From a virus (Duplodnaviria > Caudoviricetes), in the IMG/VR virus record IMGVR_UViG_3300037873_000022, positions 1 to 59,724 of that record: a stretch of DNA of 59,724 nt; one strand, given 5' to 3'. The notes under the pieces were generated by a model that had not been told where the DNA came from, did no database searches, and saw nothing but the letters and a program-made list of their open reading frames with translations. Numbering within the stretch: position 1 is the stretch's first letter; every line of letters begins with the position of its first letter. The translations under genes and the position numbers were made by a program. Positions 1-8,974 of the stretch are shown here, one piece after another.

Positions 1-127
1 TGACCAGCACCGTGTCAATGATCTTGCGGACCCGCTCCAGCGCGTCCATGACTTCTTTCCCAGTCCAGTCACGGAGGTCACTGGTTTCCAACCGATGCAT
101 GATCCGGCGCCACACCAGGATCTGCTC
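1..127. repeat. 127-bp exact terminal overlap with 59598-59724 (circular assembly)
   Basis: First 127 nt are identical to the last 127 nt, and an ORF reads continuously across the junction. Confidence 0.97.
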
Positions 128-217
128 TGGCAGTGGCATCCGGACCCGCATCTTGCGGTCCCAGATCGTGATATCCCCCTCGGGGACCGACTGGGCGGTC
201 TGTTCGGTCTCACTCAT
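1..217 (-). CDS. 5' part of putative tail assembly chaperone (continues at 59597 down to 59392)
   Basis: ATG at 217 (MSETEQTAQSVPEGDITIWDRKMRV...) reads in frame into ORF 59392..59712; -10-like TAGGGT 6 nt upstream (leaderless); lies between tail-completion and tape measure genes. Confidence 0.65.
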   Translation of the reverse strand, partial: MSETEQTAQSVPEGDITIWDRKMRVRMPLPEQILVWRRIMHRLETSDLRDWTGKEVMDALERVRKIIDTVLV

Positions 218-219
218 GG

Positions 220-247
220 TGCCACCCTACATGAGGTCGAGCGGACA
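220..247. promoter_or_regulatory. TGYC-N20-GRCA palindrome at a late-gene start
   Basis: TGCC(220-223)-N20-GACA(244-247), immediately upstream of ATG 217. Confidence 0.5.
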
Positions 248-249
248 TC

Positions 250-666
250 TCACCCGATCGAGATCGTCACGTCGAAGCCCTCAGCGCCGGCCACCTCTTC
301 CAGCGCATCCGTCAGGAACGGGCGCCCCGCTCGCGCGGGCTGGTGAACCGACCGGGCATAAACCACCCGGCCGCCAACCTCGAACCGAAGGAACTTCCCG
401 TTTCTGGGCACGATCGTGATTGCCCGGCGCCCGTTGTGGACAGCCAGCGCGTAGTCGGCCGTGTACTCGACCGCGCCCACCACCTCGGAGCCGGACGGAG
501 TGGCGGGGGACATTGACCCGCTAGCCCGCAAGGGTCCGTTGTCGACCGGGCAGAGGGCCGCTGAACGGTTCAGTGTCTGCCGCACGACCCTGCCCACCAG
601 CTCCATCGCCACGTTCATCCCGACCTGATGCAGCGCTGAATGATCGAGGTCAAGTCGGATGGTCAT
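250..666 (-). CDS. HK97 gp10-like tail-completion/neck protein
   Basis: CPVDNGPLRASG, YALAVHNG and RPFLTDAL motifs typical of the gp10-like family; structural-operon position. Confidence 0.75.
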   Translation of the reverse strand: MTIRLDLDHSALHQVGMNVAMELVGRVVRQTLNRSAALCPVDNGPLRASGSMSPATPSGSEVVGAVEYTADYALAVHNGRRAITIVPRNGKFLRFEVGGRVVYARSVHQPARAGRPFLTDALEEVAGAEGFDVTISIG

Positions 667-767
667 AGGTCCAGGCTAACGGCCGGAGGTCCGGGAACAC
701 TGGTGCGTCCACCAGCTCTTTACCGGACCTCCGAACTGTCGATACTAGCAGCAGCAGCTCAGCGTGG

Positions 768-797
768 TTGACAACTTGGACGTAGTGCCTGTAAGGT
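768..797 (+). promoter_or_regulatory. Repeated sigma70-type early promoter
   Basis: TTGACA-N18-TAAGGT; ATG 804 follows 6 nt later (leaderless). Confidence 0.75.
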
Positions 798-803
798 TCA
801 GGT

Positions 804-1010
804 ATGACGTTGACCAAGGCAGCCGAGACGGTAGCGATCCACATGAGGGTCCGCATCCGCCAGGCCCTCGCCGAAGGATGCAGTGCTCCCAGCAACATGA
901 CGCTGTACGCCCAGGGGATGCGGACCGAGCTGTTCAACCGAGGCATCATCACTGTAGAGCCGCACTGGCGGACAATCCGCCAGGAGTTTCGCAAGCTACA
1001 GGGTAAGTAG
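804..1010 (+). CDS. Small hypothetical protein, moron-like insert opposite to the structural operon
   Basis: 68 aa with its own consensus promoter, filling the gap between two minus-strand virion genes. Confidence 0.65.
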   Translation: MTLTKAAETVAIHMRVRIRQALAEGCSAPSNMTLYAQGMRTELFNRGIITVEPHWRTIRQEFRKLQGK

Positions 1011-1110
1011 CTCAACCGCTGGTCCGAGAGGCATCCGTGAACCAGAGGGGGCGGCCGACCCGCCAGCCGGATTGATCGACCGGCAACGCGATAGGCGCGG
1101 CCCCCACTTA

Positions 1111-1668
1111 CTAGCTGGAGGCAACCTCTCCGGCGTCCGGGCAGTCACAGGCCGGCCCGAGCACGGTCATCGTGAGCACCCCACCTACGCAGCCCCCCTG
1201 AACAGCAACCGGCTGCCAGCGGCCGGGCAGGACCCGCTTCTTCCGGCCCGGAACAGCGTCGATGAAACAGCAGATCGCACGGCGCATCGCGGCAGCGTCG
1301 TCCATCACAGCCTGGGTCACCGCGTCCCACTGGGCGGTTGTCGGGATCGAGCCGGGACCAGGGGTGGGCGAGCACCGGACCGCCCCCATCTCCAGCTCCA
1401 CCACCCAGGCCCGCGCGCCCTGCGCGTCACCGATCGGCGCGGCGTCTTGGTTAGGGAAGGTGCCCGAGCTGGGGAAGAAGGTTGACGGTCGCACCCATCC
1501 CAGGCCCTGGCAGCACTCGTCGTGAGAGGTTGATATTAAATGGTCAACCACGGTTCCGGGCCGGAGCCCCACATACGCGGGCGGCGAGGTCACCTTGTCC
1601 AGCTCGACCGCGTAGCAGTCCAACAGCTCCCGCGCCAGCGGCATCACCAGGGGGTCAGCGACAACCAT
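1111..1668 (-). CDS. Putative tail terminator / head-tail completion protein
   Basis: Start coupled to upstream stop (GTGATG at 1671-1666); Cys-rich, with QGGCVGG motif seen in actinophage neck genes; synteny. Confidence 0.6.
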   Translation of the reverse strand: MVVADPLVMPLARELLDCYAVELDKVTSPPAYVGLRPGTVVDHLISTSHDECCQGLGWVRPSTFFPSSGTFPNQDAAPIGDAQGARAWVVELEMGAVRCSPTPGPGSIPTTAQWDAVTQAVMDDAAAMRRAICCFIDAVPGRKKRVLPGRWQPVAVQGGCVGGVLTMTVLGPACDCPDAGEVASS

Positions 1669-2477
1669 CACGAACTCCCCGCCGGGATCACGGTCATCCG
1701 GTCGCACGACTCGGGAAGGTCCGGGCTCAGCAGCACCGGGGGCCGGGTCCGCTTGCTGGGGTTGAGCGCGGCCACGATCGCGTCCACCTCAGTGATCCCG
1801 GTCAGGCCCTCCTCGGGGGAGGCGGGCTCGACCTCGACCGTGACCCCCTGGCGGTTCAGCGAGGTCATCCGGGCCGGCAGCCGGCAGTCCCCCCCGGTCA
1901 TACCCTTGCCGTACTCGCACGCCAGGATCGCGGTAGCGACGGCCAGCGCCTCGGGCAGCTCCCGCCCGCGCTCGTAAATCACCTGGAACGCGCCGGCTGC
2001 ATCCGGGGCCGCGGTGAAGTCCTGGCAGGTCGGCCAGCACGTCCCGTCCAGCCGGATCAGCCAGTAGGTTCCCTGGGTCACGTCCACCCGGTAGGCCGAA
2101 CTGGGGACCACCTCCCCATCCACCATCACCTCATTGACCGAGGCGACCGGGCCGCGCAGCACCACGGCGCACTCGGGCCGGCAGCAACAGCGCGGTCCGC
2201 ACCCGCAGTTCCGCCACACCCCGCCGAACAGGTACGGACCCGCCACCACCGGGTCCTGACCGGGCCACATCGGGTACGCCCGGTAGGCCGGGTCTTCGAA
2301 CCGGTCCTGGGCCGGCCGGACGGTGACCGGGCATGGCCCGTACTGCCGGCCGGTGCGTGCCCATAGGTAGGTGGACGCCAGCCAGAGCGCAGCATCCTTG
2401 ACGGCCTGGGAGTGGCTGGCCCAGCTGGAACACAGTTCGTCCGGGATCACTACGTCCCAGGCGCAAGGAATCGTCAC
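1668..2477 (-). CDS. Head-to-tail adaptor
   Basis: LWARTGRQYG...CPVTVRP, WPTCQD, CRLPARMTSLNRQGV, TGITEVD motifs of actinophage adaptors; synteny. Confidence 0.75.
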   Translation of the reverse strand: MTIPCAWDVVIPDELCSSWASHSQAVKDAALWLASTYLWARTGRQYGPCPVTVRPAQDRFEDPAYRAYPMWPGQDPVVAGPYLFGGVWRNCGCGPRCCCRPECAVVLRGPVASVNEVMVDGEVVPSSAYRVDVTQGTYWLIRLDGTCWPTCQDFTAAPDAAGAFQVIYERGRELPEALAVATAILACEYGKGMTGGDCRLPARMTSLNRQGVTVEVEPASPEEGLTGITEVDAIVAALNPSKRTRPPVLLSPDLPESCDRMTVIPAGSS

Positions 2478-3799
2478 GTCGGTACCTCCGAGAACGAGCG
2501 TACCGGGCGCGGGGGCCAGGGGTACCCGCTGACCGGCACGGGCGGCCAGGGGAAGGCTGAGATGGGTACAGGCACGTGCGGGAAGGGCTGAACCGGCTGC
2601 CCGGTAGGTGGCGCCTCCCCGGTCGCGGCCAGGGTGAGCCCCAGCCCGGCTACTGCGGTGCCGGCCCCGATAACCGGGGCCTGCCCGGTCGCGGCGAGGG
2701 TAATGCCCAGGCCAGCCGCCGCGCTACCCCCGCTCTCACGCGCCCCGGTCGCGGCCAGGCCCAGGCCCAGACCAGCCACCGCAGTACCACCCCCGCCCGG
2801 AGCTTGCCCGGTGGCAGCCAGCACCAGGCCCAAGCCGGCTGCCGCGGTACCGGCGCTCTCGCGCGCTCCAGTGGCGGCCAGACCCAGCCCGACCGCGGTG
2901 GCCGCGGTACCAGCGCTCTCGCGCGCTCCAGTGGCGGCTAGACCCAGCCCGACCGCGGTGGCCGCGGTACCAGCGCTCTCGCGCGCTCCAGTGGCGGCCA
3001 GACCCAGCCCGACCGCGGTGGCCGCGGTGCCGGCGCTCTCCCGCGCTCCAGTCGCGGCCAAGCTCAGCCCGAGCGCGGTGGCCGCGGTGCCGGCGCTCTG
3101 CCGCGCTCCAGTCGCGGCCAGGCCGAGCCCGAGCGCGGTGGCCGCGGTGCCTTCCGAAGGGGGAGGAGGTCCGCCGGTTCCCTCCAAGATCACCGTGAAC
3201 GACCGGGGCGCGAAGCTGGACCCGGCCGAGAACGAGTAGGCCGCGGTACCAACCGCCCCGGTGGTAGCTCGCGCCACCCCTGCGAACGCGGTCAACGAGC
3301 CGCCGTCGCTAGTGTTGTTAGCGGCGTTCTGAACGAAGTGCTGCGCTCCATCGCTGGTGCCTGCGGGGTAGCTCGCAACCGGGGCGGCATGGTTCCAGGC
3401 GTTGTTCGTCATGATGCGGCACACACGAGTGCCGGCAACGGTCGCGGTAGCGGTGGCGCAAGTCAACGTAGTGGTGACCGTGCTCACCGCGTCAACGACC
3501 GTGGCCTGGTCGAACCCCACTATGAGGACACTGGCGGACGCGGTGTTGCTAGGTGCAGTCCATGATGTACCTGGGGTATCTGAACCGGAGTGATAGACCG
3601 CCATGGCGTTGTCCTGGTCGCCAGCGTTGGACCCGATCAGGGTCCACCCGGAAGGGGGAGTCGCCAGCCCTCCACCACCCGAAGTTCGCCGGCACGAACT
3701 GATCGCGATCCACGATGAACCGGCGGCCAGGTTGACCGTGAACGCTCCCGCGCTGTTACGCCCGCCCGGACTGGTGCCCGCAACATCAGGGGTCGCCAT
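2474..3799 (-). CDS. Virion accessory/fibre-like protein with nine 20-aa Ala/Gly/Thr repeats
   Basis: Beta-rich N-terminal half (TPPSGWTLI), repeats GTAATAVGLGLAATGARESA, Pro-rich tail; coupled to the adaptor gene. Confidence 0.6.
   Translation of the reverse strand: MATPDVAGTSPGGRNSAGAFTVNLAAGSSWIAISSCRRTSGGGGLATPPSGWTLIGSNAGDQDNAMAVYHSGSDTPGTSWTAPSNTASASVLIVGFDQATVVDAVSTVTTTLTCATATATVAGTRVCRIMTNNAWNHAAPVASYPAGTSDGAQHFVQNAANNTSDGGSLTAFAGVARATTGAVGTAAYSFSAGSSFAPRSFTVILEGTGGPPPPSEGTAATALGLGLAATGARQSAGTAATALGLSLAATGARESAGTAATAVGLGLAATGARESAGTAATAVGLGLAATGARESAGTAATAVGLGLAATGARESAGTAAAGLGLVLAATGQAPGGGGTAVAGLGLGLAATGARESGGSAAAGLGITLAATGQAPVIGAGTAVAGLGLTLAATGEAPPTGQPVQPFPHVPVPISAFPWPPVPVSGYPWPPRPVRSFSEVPT
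2612..3151 (-). repeat. Intragenic 60-bp tandem repeat (about 9 units, central 3 near-identical)
   Basis: Consecutive 60-nt sequence lines 2881, 2941 and 3001 are nearly identical. Confidence 0.9.
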
Positions 3800-3805
3800 G
3801 GCGAG

Positions 3806-4153
3806 CTACGGCGGAGTCTGGTCAGTGCCCGTAAGCGTGACACCCGTGACGTTGTACTCCCCCGCGGCGTTGAACGCCTGGTCACCAGTCAGCCCCACCG
3901 TGCCGCGGAAGGTGCCATCAGTGATAGCTGACCACACCCCGAAGTCGGTAGCGTCCCCGCCCGGCGCTCCAGTGAACTGAAGAGGCACGCCTCCGCTCGC
4001 AGCGACCACGCCCACGGCAGGGTCCCATGCGATCGCGATCCGGGCAGCGCTCACTTCATCCCCGGCGTCAGGTCCATCGTGGATGGCGCCGAACCCCATC
4101 ACAGCGGAAGCGCCATCCACACCCGCAGCCAGAACCTCATCCTCAAGCGCCAT
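3806..4153 (-). CDS. Small virion structural protein
   Basis: 115 aa with FGVWSAITDGTF motif resembling small phage fibre/collar proteins; RBS GGAGGTGA. Confidence 0.55.
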   Translation of the reverse strand: MALEDEVLAAGVDGASAVMGFGAIHDGPDAGDEVSAARIAIAWDPAVGVVAASGGVPLQFTGAPGGDATDFGVWSAITDGTFRGTVGLTGDQAFNAAGEYNVTGVTLTGTDQTPP

Positions 4154-4167
4154 GGCTCACCTCCGGG

Positions 4168-4863
4168 TCAGCTCGACAGCGACTGGCAACCACACTCGGC
4201 CTCCGGTGGCGGAAGCTGAGTCCAGATCGGAAGGTGATGGGTGTCGGTCGGGATCGCGGTAAACAGCGGGCTCGGGTCGCCGTTCAGGTCGCGGACGACA
4301 TCGTACGGCCCGACCCCCCACGGCGTACCCTTCCGGGTCCGGCCCATCACGGTGAAGGTAATGAGCGAGTTGGCGATCGTGATGGTCCCGCCCAACGTAC
4401 CCTCGACCACCCAGGGGAGCAGGTTGTACCCGAAGAACGGGAGCGGGTCACCCTCCGGCGGGCACTCCTCCTCAGCGTTGCCCATCCACAGCTCCAACCC
4501 GAAGTTGGCCGTGGCGTAGTGCTCCTCGGTCACCGGGAACCCGATGACGTTCCCCTGGTCGTCCTCATAGGGCAGCAACCCGGTCAGGATCGTGAACAAC
4601 TCGGGGTCCACCTCCTGGAACTGGATCGATACGTCGTACCAGTTCAAGATCGGCTTGGACCGCTGGTTCACGATCGCCTTGCCGTTGGCGCCGCGCTGAA
4701 GGAACCGCTCCCCGGCCTCCGAGTTGGGGGTCAGGACAGCTTGCACGAACCCGTCCGACACCCCGAACGCACACTCGCCGAACTCGGGGTTACCACACTC
4801 GTCCAGCCGGGTCACCCGTAGGGTTTCTCCCTGGAGAGGCTTGGCACATAGCAGGTTGGCCAT
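4168..4863 (-). CDS. Major tail protein
   Basis: GETLRVTRLDECGNP and WGVGPYDVV motifs resemble actinophage (mycobacteriophage cluster B-like) major tail proteins. Confidence 0.75.
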   Translation of the reverse strand: MANLLCAKPLQGETLRVTRLDECGNPEFGECAFGVSDGFVQAVLTPNSEAGERFLQRGANGKAIVNQRSKPILNWYDVSIQFQEVDPELFTILTGLLPYEDDQGNVIGFPVTEEHYATANFGLELWMGNAEEECPPEGDPLPFFGYNLLPWVVEGTLGGTITIANSLITFTVMGRTRKGTPWGVGPYDVVRDLNGDPSPLFTAIPTDTHHLPIWTQLPPPEAECGCQSLSS

Positions 4864-5730
4864 TTAGGACACCCCTCCCAGGGGATCGAACAGAGCCCGG
4901 CCGTTCATGCAGTCGAACCCGATTGCGTACTCGCGCTCCGCCATCAGCAAGCGCTGGTTGGTAGTCCGGTCCATGGTCTGGTTGGCCGGATAGACGTGCT
5001 CCTCGGGGGAGCGCCAGACCTGAACCTGGCCGGTGACATGGATGTAGGTCCCGCCTGCCGGTGGGTCAATGCCGGCCGCCCCGGTGCCCGGGTAGCCACC
5101 GCCAAAGATCCAGATCGAGCCGTACGGGGTCCGCTTCAGCGGCCCGTCATCGACCACCAAGCCCGCATCGGCCGCGTGCGCAGCCACCGCTACCGGGGCG
5201 TGGATGTAGGCCACGTAGCCGTACCCCTGCTCCCGGTAGGCCCAGTCTTCGATCCCGGCTACCACGTGCACGATCGACAGCGGGTCCGCGATGGTCACGG
5301 TGTCGGTGGTCTCGGCCAGGTGCGGGATGTTGAGCGAGTTTCCGTCCGGGTCCAGCCCGGTCCACAGAGCCAGCTCGGCAGCGCCCTGCTCCCCGTTGGC
5401 CAGCCGGCGCCGAACCTTGGCCTCGAACTCTGGAGCTGTGTATCCGAGCGACCCGCACTCTTCCGAGGCGACCACCGCGAAGACCCCGGACTCAAACACT
5501 GGGTCCGAAGGATCGACCGGCTTTCCGTCCTCGGGGACCTCAACCAGCCCGTCATAGCACCCGATCGGGTACGGGTGAGCCTGCCCGCACGTCACCGGGA
5601 CGTAGCGGACTCCCCCTCCCCGGCCGTGGGGCTCGGGGAGGTCCACCGGCCCCGAGGCAGCGGTGAACAGACCATACCGGCGCCGGAGCGGTTCCGGCCC
5701 TGGTATCAGGCCACCTGGCACGATGCCCAC
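4864..5730 (-). CDS. Second capsid protein (pentamer-type, cluster B-like)
   Basis: RYGLFTAA start, GYVAYIHAP, TPYGSIWIFGGGY, TNQRLLMAEREY; directly follows the major capsid gene. Confidence 0.65.
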   Translation of the reverse strand: MGIVPGGLIPGPEPLRRRYGLFTAASGPVDLPEPHGRGGGVRYVPVTCGQAHPYPIGCYDGLVEVPEDGKPVDPSDPVFESGVFAVVASEECGSLGYTAPEFEAKVRRRLANGEQGAAELALWTGLDPDGNSLNIPHLAETTDTVTIADPLSIVHVVAGIEDWAYREQGYGYVAYIHAPVAVAAHAADAGLVVDDGPLKRTPYGSIWIFGGGYPGTGAAGIDPPAGGTYIHVTGQVQVWRSPEEHVYPANQTMDRTTNQRLLMAEREYAIGFDCMNGRALFDPLGGVS

Positions 5731-5786
5731 GGCCTGTTCACCTCCCCTCGGTGCTCGTCGGGTTGCTGTTGCTCACCAGGTAGGCC

Positions 5787-7508
5787 TTAGCTGGCCCCGC
5801 CGGAGCAGCACTGCGCCACGTCCGCCGGGTCCACCGAAACCTGGTAGAGCCGGCTGTCCGGGCACATCTGGAGGACGTTGAACCCGTCCTCCGCGAACAG
5901 CGCAGTGTACTGGTTCTGAGTCAACAGCGCGTTGTCGTAGATCGTGTCCAGGTTCACCACGTCGCGGACCGGCTTGGTCCAGGTCCCGGCCGGGTAGGTC
6001 AGGAACTGGAGATCGTCCGGGAAGGCGGTGATCGGGGTGGAGCCACCGGGACCACCGACCAGGCCCGAGAACGCGTCCTGCCAGTCGTAAACGAACCGCG
6101 GCACCGCCTTGCGGACGGTGAACGCCTCCAGGATCTGGGCATCGGTGACCGCCGTGGCCGCAACCCCGGTCCGGCGCGCGAGCGATGCCCGGATCACGGC
6201 CATGGTCCACGCGGGGAGGACCACCTCGATCGTGGAAGCCCGGCTCATCCGGTTGCGGTACTTCGTGTCCTCGATGGCCAGCTCGACCGCGCTCAGGATG
6301 CGGGACACGTCGTCATCGTTGCTGGCGACGGTCGGGACTGTGGTGGGACCGGAGCTGGCGGCAGCGACCCGGGCGATCACCGACTCGTTGATCTTGTGCG
6401 CGAGCGCGACCATGGTCCCCCGGGCGAACCGCTGGATCACCTCGGGGTAGCCACGCCGCTGGAGCAGCGACCCGGTGAGGCAGGCGTACGCCACGTCCAG
6501 CCGGACGTCCTCGAAGTCCGGGCACGGGATCTCCAGGCAGACCTTCTCGGTGCCGTTCTCGATCTCGTACTCGGACAGGATCACGTCGCCCTCGTCGCCG
6601 AGCCCGTCCCAGATCACGCTGAAGTCGGGGCCGCCACCTTCGGGGATCTGGAACCCGCCACGCGCGGCCTGGACCTCGGGAAGGTCCAGGATGCCGTCCA
6701 CGGTCTCCAGCTCGCACAGATCGTAGATGACCTCGCTGGGAGCGCACCAGCCCACGGCAGCGGTCAGCGACCGGCCGGCCTCGACCAGCCGGCGCGCGGA
6801 CTCGACCAGCGACCCGCCGGGGAGCCGGCGCTCACTGGCCGCGTAGTCCAGCACCGCAAGCGGGTTGGACGCGCCCTCGCGGATGCGCAGCTCCTCCGGG
6901 AACTCCCGGCGGAACATCACCGCGCCGTGCCGGACCGCGCTGTGACCGGGCCGGGTGACGAACCGGTGCGGGCCGATCTGGCGGGCCGGCGCCCGGCGGG
7001 AGCTGCCCCCGCCCTGGCTGTAGGTCTGGAGCCGGTTGTCGATGGCCTCGGCAGCCTGGGTGAAGCTCTCCAGCTCCATCCCGGAGTTGAACCCGGGCAC
7101 GTCCGAGGCGGTGGTCATCACGACCGCAGCCGGGGCCGCTTCGTCAGGAGGAGTGTCCAGCGTGCTCGGGGCCGGCGCCGGAGCGGGAGCAGGAGCGGGG
7201 GCCGCGCTCGGGGCCGGCGCCGGGTCGGCGGGCGGCGCGGGGGCCGGTGCCGGGTCGGCGGGTGGGGTGAGCGAGGCGGTCAGGTCGTCCCGCGCGGCGG
7301 CAGCCTGAGCAGCAGCCTCGGTACGACGGTTGGTCTCGGTCTGGGTTTGCTTCACCAGGTCGCGGGTCGCGACCAGCGCGGCCGGCTCGGTGTTGTCGCT
7401 GGACAGGAGAGTCTGGGCGTGCTCGCGCACCCGCGTCGACAGCTCGGCCAGCGCCTCGTCAGTGACGGCGGTCAGATCGGCCGGCACCTCAAACGGGAAC
7501 TCGTACAT
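5787..7508 (-). CDS. Major capsid protein (hexamer-type) with N-terminal scaffold-like region
   Basis: Likely start ATG 7508 (MYEFPFEVP, RBS GAGGA); SLTAAVGWCAPSEVIYDLC, KVCLEIPCP, QYTALFAEDG motifs. Confidence 0.85.
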   Translation of the reverse strand: MYEFPFEVPADLTAVTDEALAELSTRVREHAQTLLSSDNTEPAALVATRDLVKQTQTETNRRTEAAAQAAAARDDLTASLTPPADPAPAPAPPADPAPAPSAAPAPAPAPAPAPSTLDTPPDEAAPAAVVMTTASDVPGFNSGMELESFTQAAEAIDNRLQTYSQGGGSSRRAPARQIGPHRFVTRPGHSAVRHGAVMFRREFPEELRIREGASNPLAVLDYAASERRLPGGSLVESARRLVEAGRSLTAAVGWCAPSEVIYDLCELETVDGILDLPEVQAARGGFQIPEGGGPDFSVIWDGLGDEGDVILSEYEIENGTEKVCLEIPCPDFEDVRLDVAYACLTGSLLQRRGYPEVIQRFARGTMVALAHKINESVIARVAAASSGPTTVPTVASNDDDVSRILSAVELAIEDTKYRNRMSRASTIEVVLPAWTMAVIRASLARRTGVAATAVTDAQILEAFTVRKAVPRFVYDWQDAFSGLVGGPGGSTPITAFPDDLQFLTYPAGTWTKPVRDVVNLDTIYDNALLTQNQYTALFAEDGFNVLQMCPDSRLYQVSVDPADVAQCCSGGAS

Positions 7509-7658
7509 GTGAGGTTGTCCTCTGCACTTAAGCACGCCCAGGCGGACCGAAGCCAGACCCTGGTACGTCTGGCGCCAGCGTAGCACCACCGGCCGGACAC
7601 TTGGACCGGACTGGCCGGCGCCGTTATATGTCGGGCCAGCCGCTGTACCCCACGGCAG

Positions 7659-7713
7659 TGTGACCCACTTCACAAGCATGACGGTTGACACTTAACAGCC
7701 GCGCCTGTAAGGT
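7659..7713 (+). promoter_or_regulatory. CRP-type box plus early promoter
   Basis: TGTGA-cccact-TCACA (7659-7674); TTGACA(7685)-N17-TAAGGT. Confidence 0.75.
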
Positions 7714-7809
7714 TAGACGTACGAGGGGCCGGGAGCGAGCCGGCCGAACAACTGAATAGGGTCCGGCGGCACCCTAAGACCGCAACGCGCAAGGGAAGGA
7801 TCAGAGATC

Positions 7810-8076
7810 ATGAGCACTGTCGAGCTGGACAGCCCGTACGAGGTGAAGGCAACCGGGACCGGAGTGCGGTGCGGGAACCACCACCGCGATGACCGGACCT
7901 ACCACGCGGATGCGGCCAGCGTGCGCGAGTGCTACCGGCTCACCGCCGAGCAGGACGCGGACAGCCGGGCCGAGATCGCAGCAGAGCTGGCCTATGAGCG
8001 GCACCTGGAAGACCGGGGCTACTGGGAGGCCCGCGCCCAGGAGGACTTCGAGCGCAACCACGGCGTCATCTGGTGA
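7810..8076 (+). CDS. Hypothetical protein (moron-like)
   Basis: 88 aa with RBS GGAAGGATC and own promoter; C..H..H..C possible metal site. Confidence 0.75.
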   Translation: MSTVELDSPYEVKATGTGVRCGNHHRDDRTYHADAASVRECYRLTAEQDADSRAEIAAELAYERHLEDRGYWEARAQEDFERNHGVIW

Positions 8077-8126
8077 CCTACCTCACAGGCGTGGGGGTTG
8101 ACACTTAACCGCCACGCCTGTAAGGT
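8072..8126 (+). promoter_or_regulatory. CRP-type box plus early promoter
   Basis: GGTGA-cctacc-TCACA (8072-8087); TTGACA(8098)-N17-TAAGGT. Confidence 0.75.
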
Positions 8127-8168
8127 TAGTCCCACAAGGCAGGGAACGCCCAGGAAGGATCAAGAGCC

Positions 8169-8750
8169 ATGATGACCACCACCGAGTACCGGACCACCTC
8201 GGAAGACCTCCTCGACCTGGTTCCGATCGACAGCCCCAACGAGGGCAACCCGAGCCCTCGCCAGCTCGACCTGATGAACAAGCTGATCGCCGAGATCGAC
8301 CAGCTGGACTCAACCGCCGGTCGGATGGCCCACAGCTACATGGAGAAAATGGCCGGCCGCTGGACCCCGGGCCGCGAGGGCAACGCCAGCCGCTGGATCG
8401 ACCGGCTGATCGCGAAGGTCGGGGAGCTGCGCACCGCCCGCCCGGCGGTAGAGATCGAGGACGGGATGTACGTCCTGGACGGCGAGATCTACAAGGTCCA
8501 GCACGCGGTCCACGGGTCCGGCCAGCAGTACGCGAAGCTGTTCGTTCCCCCCGCGACCGAGGGGGAGCGCGCCACCTTCCAGTACGCGCCCGGGGTGGTC
8601 ACCCGGCTCCGGCCCGAGCACCGGATGAGCATGGACCAGGCCCGCGAGTACGGCGCCCTCTACGGGACGTGCGTCCGGTGCGGCCGGGTGCTCACCCGCG
8701 AGGACAGCATCGAGCGGATGATGGGCGAGATCTGCGCCGGCAAGATCTGA
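8169..8750 (+). CDS. DUF6011-like Zn-finger protein (moron-like)
   Basis: C-terminal CVRCGRVLT..DSIERMMGEIC motif; RBS GGAAGGATC. Confidence 0.75.
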   Translation: MMTTTEYRTTSEDLLDLVPIDSPNEGNPSPRQLDLMNKLIAEIDQLDSTAGRMAHSYMEKMAGRWTPGREGNASRWIDRLIAKVGELRTARPAVEIEDGMYVLDGEIYKVQHAVHGSGQQYAKLFVPPATEGERATFQYAPGVVTRLRPEHRMSMDQAREYGALYGTCVRCGRVLTREDSIERMMGEICAGKI

Positions 8751-8757
8751 GACAGAC

Positions 8758-8789
8758 GAAAGCCCGGGGGTTGCAGCCCCCGGGCTTTC
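8758..8789. terminator. Probable bidirectional intrinsic terminator
   Basis: GAAAGCCCGGGG...CCCCGGGCTTTC hairpin between convergent genes. Confidence 0.75.
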
Positions 8790-8830
8790 CCTTGCCACGC
8801 TCCCCCGGACAGCCCTGAGCAGGCACGCCG

Positions 8831-8974
8831 TCAACTGGCCTTGATGATACGCGCTCCTGGATGCTTGGCCGCGAACGCCACGGCGGCAGCCTGGCTGGTC
8901 TTGGTGATCTTCAGCCCGCCGGGGAGCTGGACCGTGACCGACTCCCGCTTTCCCTTACCGCACCCGCAGCCCAT
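8831..8974 (-). CDS. 47-aa MGCGCG-type small basic protein (below ORF-track cutoff)
   Basis: MGCGCGKGKRESVTVQLPGGLKITKTSQAAAVAFAAKHPGARIIKAS; ATG overlaps the protease stop (TGATG). Confidence 0.7.
   Translation of the reverse strand: MGCGCGKGKRESVTVQLPGGLKITKTSQAAAVAFAAKHPGARIIKAS

Noticed and set aside
2612-3151. 60-bp periodic repeats as a CRISPR array
   Set aside because: No unique spacers, in-frame coding repeat, and no cas genes.
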